Source: Bacillota bacterium (GTDB lineage Bacteria; Patescibacteriota; Patescibacteriia; Patescibacteriales; UBA12465). Taken from it: DNA of 41,825 nt. The stretch lies in contig JBLNBA010000001.1 of NCBI GenBank assembly GCA_050259635.1, forward strand, positions 137,329 to 179,153, in the 5' to 3' direction. Positions 26,424 to 36,300 of this stretch are shown piece by piece; position 1 is the stretch's first letter; every line of letters begins with the position of its first letter. The notes under the pieces were generated by a model. It saw only the letters and a program-made list of their open reading frames with translations. It had not been told where the DNA came from and made no database searches. The translations under genes and the position numbers were made by a program.

Positions 26424-28850
26424 ATGTACGATCATCGCGCCATTGAAGAAAAATGGAGAAAAAACTGGCAGGAGTCAGGGCTTTATCGTACCCGCGAGGA
26501 AGCTGGCAAGCCAAAATTCTACATTCTCGACATGTTTCCTTATCCCTCGGGAGAAGGGCTGCATGTCGGTCATCCGAAGGGTTATATTGCCACCGACATC
26601 ATCGCTCGCATGCACATGATGAAAGGCGAGAATGTGCTCCACCCTATGGGCTGGGATGCTTTTGGATTGCCGGCCGAAAATTTCGCGCTTAAGAACAAGG
26701 TGCATCCGCGGGTGGCCGTGGAAAAGAACATTAAGCGTTATAAGGAGCAGCTTAGCATCCTTGGTTTTTCTTATGATTGGGAAAGGGAGATCAATACTAC
26801 CGACCCAGACTATTACCGTTGGACCCAATGGATCTTCCTGCAGATGTGGAAGAAGGGGTTGGCTTATGAATCATACGCACCAATTAATTGGTGTCCATCT
26901 TGCAAGACGGGGCTGGCTAACGAGGATGTGGAAGATGGCCGCTGCGAACGCTGCGGCACCTTAGTGGAACAGCGGCCGATGCGCCAATGGGTGCTGAAGA
27001 TTACGGATTACGCGGACCGTCTCTTATATGACCTTGATAAATTACCGCAGTGGGATGAGGCGGTGAAAGAAATGCAGCGCAATTGGATAGGTCGCAGCGA
27101 AGGGACCGATGCCGTCTTTAGGGTTAAGGGAATGGATTCTGTTATCAAGGTTTTCACTACCAGGATGGATACTATTTTTGGTTGCACTTATGTAGTGATA
27201 GCCCCGGAAAACGGCCTTATCCAAGAGCTCAAGGGCGCAATTAAGAATCTGGCGGAAGTGGAAGAATATATCCAAGTCTCTAAGAATAAGACGGATTTGC
27301 AGCGGACGGATCTTAATAAAGAGAAGACTGGCGTTATCCTGGAAGGCGTTACTGCCATCAATCCTTTTACCGGCGGGGAGATCCCGGTTTTTGCCGCCGA
27401 TTACGTTCTCAATGCCTATGGTACCGGCGCTGTCATGGCTGTCCCTGCTCATGATGTGCGTGATTTTGAATTCGCAAAGCGCCACGGAATGCCGATAAAG
27501 CGGGTGGTGGCTCCCTTGGAAGGGAAGGATGATAACGATGCCGCTTTTACGGATGACGGCCGCTTGCATGACTCTGGCCCTTACGATGGCCTTCTATCCG
27601 CCGAAGCCCGAAAACAGATGGCTGCCTGGTTGGAGGAGCAAGACTTGGGTGTGAGGCGGGTGAATTACAAGATTAAAGACTGGGTGTATTCCCGGCAGCG
27701 TTATTGGGGGGAGCCCATTCCCTTAATACATTGCGAAAAGTGCGGAGTAGTTGGAGTGCCTGAGGAGCAGCTGCCGGTCCGCTTGCCGGAAGTCGAGAGT
27801 TACGAACCTACCGGAACGGGAGAATCTCCTTTGGCAGCGATCGAAGATTGGGTCAATACTACCTGTCCGGTTTGCGGCGGCCCGGCGAAGCGCGAAACCA
27901 ATACCATGCCACAATGGGGCGGTTCTTGCTGGTACTATTTGCGTTATCTTGATCCCAAGAATACGGAAGCCCTGGTTGCAAAAGCGAAAGATGCTTATTG
28001 GTCCCCGGTCGACCTTTATGTCGGGGGAGCGGAGCATGCCACGAGGCATCTTATTTATGCTCGTTTTTGGCACAAATTCCTTTATGACATCGGCTCCGTT
28101 TCTTATGACGAGCCATTTACCAAGTTGCAGCATGTAGGGTTGATAATGGGTGAAGACGGAAGGAAGATGAGCAAGCGCTGGGGGAATGTGATCAACCCGG
28201 ATAGCATGGCGGAACGCTTCGGCGCCGATGCTTTGCGGGTCTATGAGATGTTCATGGGGCCTTTCGACCAGGCGGCTGCTTGGAATACGAATGGTTTGTC
28301 CGGAACTCGCCGGTTCTTGGAAAAGATCGATAACCTCTGCCAGAGAGAAGACACCCCGGTCAAGGCAGACAAGAAAATCACTTCTCTCTTGCACAAGACG
28401 GTGAAGAAGGTGGGTGAAGATATCGATAATTTCCGCTTCAACACGGCTGTTTCCGCTTTGATGATCCTGGTAAACGAGCTGACAGAATTTTATTCCCAGA
28501 ATGCTGCCTGGCCGGTGTCCAAATCAGATCTGGGCGCGCTATTGCGCCTTACCGCGCCTTTTGCTCCTCATCTGATGGAGGAGCTCTGGGAGCGCCTGGG
28601 ATTTGAAGGCAGTATTTTCCAGTCTTCTTGGCCGGTCTGCGATTTGTCTCTAATAAAGGATGAGGTAGTTTCGTATATTATCCAAGTGAACGGACGTTTG
28701 CGCGGAAATGTGGAGATGCCCGCTGAGGCTTCTGAGGAGGAAGTTGTTAGGGCGGCTATGGCCGAACCGACAGTTGCCAAATGGCTGGAAGACGGAGAAG
28801 TGAAGAAACGGATCTTTGTTCAGGGACGTCTTATTAATTTTGTAATCTGA
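26424..28850 (+). CDS. leuS: Leucine--tRNA ligase
   Basis: MFPYPSGEGLHVGH (HIGH motif), GWDAFGLPAEN, editing domain FTTR..GTGAVMAVPAHD, SRQRYWGEPIP, KMSKR and QVNGRLR. Confidence 0.98.
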   Translation: MYDHRAIEEKWRKNWQESGLYRTREEAGKPKFYILDMFPYPSGEGLHVGHPKGYIATDIIARMHMMKGENVLHPMGWDAFGLPAENFALKNKVHPRVAVEKNIKRYKEQLSILGFSYDWEREINTTDPDYYRWTQWIFLQMWKKGLAYESYAPINWCPSCKTGLANEDVEDGRCERCGTLVEQRPMRQWVLKITDYADRLLYDLDKLPQWDEAVKEMQRNWIGRSEGTDAVFRVKGMDSVIKVFTTRMDTIFGCTYVVIAPENGLIQELKGAIKNLAEVEEYIQVSKNKTDLQRTDLNKEKTGVILEGVTAINPFTGGEIPVFAADYVLNAYGTGAVMAVPAHDVRDFEFAKRHGMPIKRVVAPLEGKDDNDAAFTDDGRLHDSGPYDGLLSAEARKQMAAWLEEQDLGVRRVNYKIKDWVYSRQRYWGEPIPLIHCEKCGVVGVPEEQLPVRLPEVESYEPTGTGESPLAAIEDWVNTTCPVCGGPAKRETNTMPQWGGSCWYYLRYLDPKNTEALVAKAKDAYWSPVDLYVGGAEHATRHLIYARFWHKFLYDIGSVSYDEPFTKLQHVGLIMGEDGRKMSKRWGNVINPDSMAERFGADALRVYEMFMGPFDQAAAWNTNGLSGTRRFLEKIDNLCQREDTPVKADKKITSLLHKTVKKVGEDIDNFRFNTAVSALMILVNELTEFYSQNAAWPVSKSDLGALLRLTAPFAPHLMEELWERLGFEGSIFQSSWPVCDLSLIKDEVVSYIIQVNGRLRGNVEMPAEASEEEVVRAAMAEPTVAKWLEDGEVKKRIFVQGRLINFVI

Positions 28851-29704
28851 TGGAAAATATTGCCCAAAAAACGCGGGAACTCTGCCGTCTGTATGATATA
28901 AAGCCCTCACGGAGCAAGGGACAGAATTTCCTTATAAATGAAGGTATTTATCAGGCCATAATCAAGTCCGCGGAAATATCATCGGCGGATACGGTGTTGG
29001 AAGTCGGTCCGGGGCTGGGTTTTTTGACCGCTGAATTAGCCAAAGCGGCGAAGAGGGTGGTGGCGGTTGAGTTAGATGATAAGCTGGCGGGCATCTTGAC
29101 CATTGCTATCGATTCGCAAGACGTTTCTAATGTGGAGATCGTTAACCAGGATATCTTGCGTTTCAATCCGGATGAGCATTTAGAACCCGGAGAAGACTAC
29201 CGGGTGGTGGCTAACCTGCCCTATAACATCACTTCGATTTTCTTGCGCACTTTTCTTTCTTCTCGGCGGCCGCCGCTGTCCATGGTTCTTATGCTACAGA
29301 AGGAAGTGGCGGAAAGGATTGTCGCTTCCCAGCCGGATATGTCGCTCCTGTCTTTGTCTATCCAATATTATGGACGGGCGGAAATCGTCCGTGTCGTTCC
29401 TGCCAGTGATTTCTGGCCGGCGCCGGAAGTGGATAGCGCCATTCTGCGCTTCGATTACACCGGTCCGCGTCCGACCGAAGATACCCTGGCATCAGACAAA
29501 CGTTTTTTCCGCCTAGCGCGCGTGGGTTTCAGTGCGAAGCGAAAAATGCTGAAAAATAATCTCTTAGCCGGCTTGGAAATCTCCTCTGAAGAGATAGAGA
29601 AAGCCTTTTTGTCAGCCAGTATCCCGCCTAAGGCCAGAGCGGAAGAGCTGAGCGTGAAACAGTGGTTGGATTTGGTTGCGGCTCTTGGTGATTCCGTGTT
29701 ATAA
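28850..29704 (+). CDS. rsmA: 16S rRNA m6,6A dimethyltransferase RsmA/KsgA
   Basis: GQNFL, VLEVGPGLG, VVANLPYNITS, QKEVAERI, FWPAPEVDSA and RAEELS. Confidence 0.96.
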   Translation: MENIAQKTRELCRLYDIKPSRSKGQNFLINEGIYQAIIKSAEISSADTVLEVGPGLGFLTAELAKAAKRVVAVELDDKLAGILTIAIDSQDVSNVEIVNQDILRFNPDEHLEPGEDYRVVANLPYNITSIFLRTFLSSRRPPLSMVLMLQKEVAERIVASQPDMSLLSLSIQYYGRAEIVRVVPASDFWPAPEVDSAILRFDYTGPRPTEDTLASDKRFFRLARVGFSAKRKMLKNNLLAGLEISSEEIEKAFLSASIPPKARAEELSVKQWLDLVAALGDSVL

Positions 29705-29705
29705 T
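29697..29705 (+). promoter_or_regulatory. Extended -10 element overlapping the rsmA stop codon
   Basis: TGtTATAAT, in which the TAA is the rsmA stop; it lies about 47 nt upstream of ATG 29753. Confidence 0.5.
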
Positions 29706-29752
29706 TTGAAGGTAATTGAGCTGATTTCACGGAATTATTTTCCTCGCTGACT

Positions 29753-30367
29753 ATGTCCGAAAATAAAGGTTATGACCAAGAGGGCGGACGCCGCCCCTCG
29801 TTTTTCAAATCGATGCCCAAACCGCAACGGACGGCTTTCTTGCTCTTGTCCACGCTGAGTTTGGGCGTTTTGATTTTATGGGTCTGGCAGTTTAATTCCG
29901 CCTTGAACCGGCCCTTCCGCACGATTGGAAATAGCGGCGAAAGCCTGGACTCTTTTCAGGAAGCTCTGACTGATATGGATACGGATGGGGACGGCCTCAA
30001 AGACCGGGAAGAAACTTCCTTGCATGGCACTTCTCCTTATCTTGAAGATACGGATAGCGATGGCTTAAGCGACCGGCAGGAGATTGAACAAGGGACGGAT
30101 CCGAATTGCGCTGCCGGCACGGCTTGTGAAACAAAAATTGAAGTCGCTGCCCCTGCTATACCCACCAGCACCGTTTCTTTGCCGGAGAATATCCAGGAGG
30201 GAGCTCTTGAAGCGATGATGTCCGGCCAATCCGGAGCGGCCGAGCTCCGGTCTCTGCTATTGCAGAGCGGCGTCGACCCGCTGGCGCTTGAGAGCCTGAG
30301 CGACGAAGAACTGCTTGCTGCCTATGGCCAGATGCTATCTGAGCAAGGAACAACCACGCAGCCTTAG
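29753..30367 (+). CDS. Single-TM protein with thrombospondin type-3-like DxDxDG Ca-binding repeats
   Basis: TM segment FLLLSTLSLGVLILWVWQF; DTDGDGLKDREE..GTSP and DTDSDGLSDRQE..GTDP. Confidence 0.8.
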   Translation: MSENKGYDQEGGRRPSFFKSMPKPQRTAFLLLSTLSLGVLILWVWQFNSALNRPFRTIGNSGESLDSFQEALTDMDTDGDGLKDREETSLHGTSPYLEDTDSDGLSDRQEIEQGTDPNCAAGTACETKIEVAAPAIPTSTVSLPENIQEGALEAMMSGQSGAAELRSLLLQSGVDPLALESLSDEELLAAYGQMLSEQGTTTQP

Positions 30368-30395
30368 TTTGCGGAAATATATTCTGTGAAAAATT

Positions 30396-33300
30396 ATGAA
30401 TAAGAAAGCCTCCATTGCTTCTAACCGGCGTCGTTTTGGGACAGCCGGAATTTTGCTATTGCTGCTATCCGCCACTTTCTTGGCCGCACCTCAGCCGGCA
30501 CATGCTCAGGTGGATTTCAACCAGGCGATAAACAATGTCCTTACTCCTATCTGGAATTTTGTAAAGAAGGCTTATGAAAAAGGAGGAGCGGCGGCGCTGC
30601 AGAAAGCGACAAGATCCGCATTGAATAAGATCGCCTATGATACGGCGACCTATCTAGGATCCGGCAGGGAGGGACAGAAGCCGATGTTCGTAACCCAGGA
30701 CTGGGGAGATTACTTGGCCCAGATCGGCGATGAGGCCGCCGGAGAGTTTATTGAGGGGGCTGTCAATAATTGGAATAAGAGTGCGATAGATAAGAAGAAT
30801 GCCGAGAAGAAAGATGTGGCGTGTCAGCAGACTTATGATGACTGTGTCATCGGTTGCTCGGGTTTGATCCCAGAATTGGGCGACCAGAATCCTGGGGCTT
30901 GTGAAAGCGATTGCTTGAATAATTATAAAAAATGCAAAAGCGATGCCGTTGTTTCTGGAAGCCTGGGCACCGTGAGTGCCGGAACATCGAGCAATGGCTA
31001 TGCGAATGTCTGTTCGCCTTCTTCCTTGCAGGCGAAACTCAAGATCGCCATGGGCCTGGTGAATGAGCAGCGCCCCAAAGCCCCTAATTGTACGGCCTCC
31101 GAATTGGTCGGACGTTGGGGCGAAGCGATTAACGACCTTAATTTTTTGGACGATTTTAAGAATATTTTCAGTCCGACCGCGAATGATCTCGGCATATATT
31201 TTACCTTGCGCACGGAAATGATGAATGACGTGAATCTAAAGGCGGAGCAGGCGAATAACAAATTGGTCGCCGATGGGGGATGGTTAGACATGCATGATAT
31301 CGCTGGTAACCTTGTCGGGTTGCCCGGAGACGCAGAACTTGATTCTGAGATAGCTAAACAGGGGTATATCGATAACATGTCGCAGTTTACGGGCGATGCC
31401 TTGATCGATGCGGCTAATGTCTTTCTGAATCAATTGGCTTTGAGCGCTTATAAGAACTGGACCACTAAAAAGATTGCCAATAATCCTTCGGAGGGCAGCT
31501 TAGCTCAGTATTCGAGCGATCCCAATATTCAGTATGGGGAAAAGATTGTCAAAGAGAGCGCGGCTGAGATCATCGAGCCCAATTTCAGCGTCCGGGCCGA
31601 CTACGATATCCTTTCTTCTCTCACGATGTGCCGCGATCGGAGCAATCCCGGAGCGACAGACTGCGTTATCGATGAAAAGCTGATGCAAGGCATCAGTGAA
31701 AAGAAGACGGTGGCGGAAGCCTTGAAAGAAGGGGTTCTCCATCGTGATTGGCAGGTGACCAAAGATTTCCGGGAAGGCGCCTATAACCTAAGGAACTTGC
31801 AGATCATGCGGAAATACCGCATCGTGCCCATGGGCTGGGAGGTGGCGGCCGCTTCTGGCCGCGAAGCCACCTTGGGCGACCTCGTATCCTGCTATAGCGA
31901 TAGTGACCAGTATAACGAATACTCTTCCAGTTTCGATGTCCGGAACCAGGGCTGGTGCCGTAACCTCATCGATCCCAATTGGGTGTTGAAAGCGCCAATG
32001 AATTATTGCGCTAAGCAGGGGTATGGCGCACAGATTTTGGATATAAGCTTGGTACCAGAAGCCGGATTGGATGGCAAGATGCAGGATAGGGTGCAGATTA
32101 CCCGGGCGGATAATTATTGCGCCGATGAGCAGAGCTGCATCAAGGAAAAGGAAGACGGGAGCTGCGAAGCCTATGGCTATTGCCAATCGGAACGGCGCAC
32201 TTGGTCTTTCGGCTCAAAGTCCTGTTCACCCGTCAATAATACTTGTACTTCTTTTATCAATTCGACCAGCGGACAGCGTGTCGCTTATCTGGAAAATACT
32301 CTAGATTACGGCGATTGCACGGCAGATTCCGCGGGCTGCAAGATCTATTCAGTGTTCGGCACCTATGCCACTTCTACCGGCACTATTTCTTGGTCCGATA
32401 ACGAGGCGGATCTCATGCATTTCAATAATCGCCTGTCGGCCTGTTCGGCGGCGGATGAGGGCTGTAAGGAAATGATGCGGGTCAAGCCGGGCTGGGGTTC
32501 CAACCTGATTACGGGCGCCGGTTTCGACCAGGACGCCGTGGGAGACCAAATGGTGGACGGGAAGATAAATAATTATTGGACATTTTGGTCCGATGGCACG
32601 AAGTCCGGACGGATAATTGATGCATCTGAAGTGGACGCCAATTCTTCCGGCAAGGCGATCCTCATGGAGTCGCTTTCATCGACCGCCAGCTCTTCTGTCG
32701 CCTTGCATTCAAATAATGCGAATTCCCTTATCCCTGCTAATTTGAATAACTTAAGCGAAGAGACCTTCACTTTGAGCGCCGATGTCTATCTCATCGAAGG
32801 CGATAAGGTGCATGTGGTCCTAGGCAGCGATTACCAAGCTTTTTCCGAGACTCGCGATAAGAATGTCTGGCGCCATATTTCCATCACCAGGAACCTGAGC
32901 GATAAGCCTCTTTCTGAATTTTCTTTTTCCGTCAACGCCTATAGCTCCACTAACCGCACCCAGGTGGCCGTTCGCAACCTGAAGTTGGAGATGACACCCT
33001 GGGATTCCGGTTTCAGCCTGTATGGATCATATAAGGCCTACGAGAAGCTCATTCCGCCTTATCTGGCTGCCTCTTGCTATATAAATGCTAGTGAGAATAA
33101 CCCGGACTTCCGTCTGAAACCCGGGGCGCCTTCTATTTGTACGGAATTCGCTCGTCGTTGCAACCGGGAGGAGGTGGGCTGCGAGAAATATACGGAGAAA
33201 GCCACCGGCTTTTCCGTGGCCGCCCAGGCCGTTTCTTCGGATTACTGCGACCAGGGCTGCAATGGTTATGATCTGTATGTCGCTCGGGGCAATTATTTCT

Positions 33301-36300
33301 TTTCACCGCAAGCAGATAAGCTTATTCCCTCGAGCAGCCGCAAATGCGGGGCGGAAGCGGCCGGGTGCGCCGAGTTTACCAATCTCGATGAAGCTTCAGC
33401 CGGAGGAGAGAGCCGTGAATATTACACTCAACTCAAGCAGTGCGTGAAGCCGAGCAGCGAATGCGGCGATTTCTATACCTGGATGGGTTCCGAAGAGACG
33501 GGTTACCAGCTGAGGTCCTTGAGCCTGAAGAAGGATGCTTCCGGTCTGCCGGCCGTGACCGCCGACGATTCTTTGGCTTGCAGCGAGGCGATTTATAATC
33601 TTCCTGCCGGAGCTCCCGGCTTTAATCCGGATTGTCGCCAGTATTATAACAAGCAAGGAAAGATCGCTTATCATCTCTCAGCTTCTACGGTTACATGTTC
33701 CGAGAACTGCCATCCATACCGCCTTACCGAGAAGAATATCGATTCGACCTTGACTCAGGCGCAGTGCACCGGTTCCGGCCGTTCCTGGAACGCTACCGCC
33801 GGCGTCTGCTATTCCTGTCTCAATGGCGGAACCTGGGATGCGGGACAGCAATCCTGCATTTACCAAGCTATCCCCGGAGAGGGGAAGCGATGTTCCGCTG
33901 CCCAGAATGGGTGCCGGGAATATAATGGCAGCTTGGGCAACAATACTAAGCTGGTTATCGCGCAGGATTTCAATGATGGCGTCGATGGCTGGGAGGGGAA
34001 TTGCGAGGACTCCGCTTTGAGCTCGCAGGAAGCAAGTTCCAATAACTCCCGCTCTCTTTTCTATGACCGGAGCTCCAACAGCTCGGGACAGATCGTCATG
34101 CCTAAGTGCAATAACACCGGCAATACCTCTTGGCTGGATAGGATCATGGGCAGCGCCAATGCGGCACCGCTATCGTATATCAAGAAAGTATTAGGGGAGA
34201 GGCTTCAGAGCGGCAAAGCCTATAGTGTAAAATTCACCGCTTCCGCCGCCTCTGATGCCCAGGTATATGCCGCGGCAATGAATAGCCGGGGAGAGTTGGC
34301 GTATTTCAACGCCTCGGAAGGCAATGACACCGGCGCCTATACCGTGCCGGGCGACGGCGAGTGGCGCACCTATGAGCTCAATCTGCCTGCTTTGGAACAC
34401 CAGACCGATGCGGATGAGGCTTTGATCTTTGTGTCCAGCGCCGACTTGCATCTGGATAATCTCGTGTTAACGGAAATTACCGATAGATACTACCTGATCA
34501 AGGGCAGCAGCGATATTCCTGATGTCTGCTACTACGACATGCTCGATCAGTTCCGCGGAGAAGATTATAATCTCGGTTGTTCGCTGTATAAGGATAGGGC
34601 TAATAAAGATCATTATTTGAGACAGTTCAGCAAACTCTGCCAAGAATCTGCCGTGGGCTGCGAACTCGTGGTCGATACCGCCGGATCCGATAACCCCCGC
34701 CCGGAAATCTGGAAGGATGAAAATGGAAACGGATCTTGCGATGCCGGAGAAAATGATTGTGTCAGCGTTCCCGGAGACCGTTTCTTCTATGCGATTTACG
34801 ATAACTCCAAGCGTTGCAACGGCGCCGATGAGGGCTGCAGCCGCATGGGAGAATCCGTTTCTTCCGGCGATGCATGGGGGGATGCGTTCAAGCGCAATAA
34901 TCCTGATGATTACGGCCAATCATTGTGCGGGGAGACTGATGCCGGCTGTGAAGCCTGGAAATCTGCCAGCGACGGCAGCCTGCAGTATTTCAAGAATCCG
35001 GGGAGCAATGCCTGTGTTTACCGTACGAGCATTAATCCGGAAAAACCGGGCAAGGCTTGGTATAAGGTGCCGGTAATGCGCTGCGACTTTAATAATAATG
35101 GATCCATCGATTCGACCGCCGAAAGGAATGGGCAAGTATGCTCGAGCGCTTCAGATTGTGCCGCCAATCGTCCTTGTATCGTGGATAATACTGATTACGA
35201 ATGCCCGGTAAGCTATTTCAAGACTATCGGATTGGGAGGCGCCGGACAGCAAGTTCCGGTTCCTAGCGATGCGGCCGGCCTTTGCGATGCCGTTCAATCC
35301 GGCTGCAGTGAATATATCGATCCGGTAAGCGACTTTTCATCTAACGTGATCGTTAATCCGACTCACGAAGGGAATACGGGTTGGGGCGGCGATCCAAATG
35401 GGTGGCAGGTTCAGGATGTGGCGATTAATCCCAATACCTTATATATCTTCTCTATCAATGCCGTAGGCTCTACTGAGCCGGCCGAAGAAGTGAGACTGGA
35501 ATTTCCGGCAGGTGTAAGCATCTTGGGTGAAAATAATGTCCTCAGCGCTACGACAACGATGACCCTCGCCATTCCGCAAGGACAGCGAAGCGTCAGGCAC
35601 GTCTTCCATTCCCGGGGCAATTCTATCGCGAAGGTTTTCCGGAGGAACGGAAGCTTCGAGGTAGTGCTTAAGGTGGCCTTGGTGGATTACCAGTTGGAGC
35701 AAAGCCTGGATAAATCTTCTTGCAACGGCTTGTATAATCTTGATGAGGGCTGCGTCCTCTTCAATGAGAGGACGGTAGACGGTGGCAGCGGCCTTAAAGC
35801 TCTTACTGGCGGCTGGAACGCGGCGGCAAGTCAGAAAGGAAAGGCGCCGCAGAAATGCACTGCCGGCAATTGCACCGCTAATGCCTTGATTAAGGTGCGC
35901 CCGGACCGGGTTTGCGCTTCTTGGCTGGATTGCCTGACCTATATCCAAGATCCGGTAACCAATGAAAGGACGTGTTATGCCCTGGGAGAATGCAATCGCT
36001 TGGGAGACAATAATGAGTGCTCTAATTTCGTTAGCCGCAGCGCGACGGCATTAAAGGGGGATAATCCGACTATTTCCAAGATCACCGGTTATTCGGTCGT
36101 TGACCGTTATAACCTTGCCGGTATGAAAGAAGTGGGGCTTGATACCGCCGCTCATTATGCTTTTGAGGAAGCCAGCCCGACGCTAAATTGCCGGATGAAG
36201 GGGATGGCCGGGACGCCTTGCGTATATGACAAAGGCTTAGTCGCAGATAGTATAATAGATAAGCCATCCGGAGCGCCTACAGACTATCCGGCCGAAGGGA

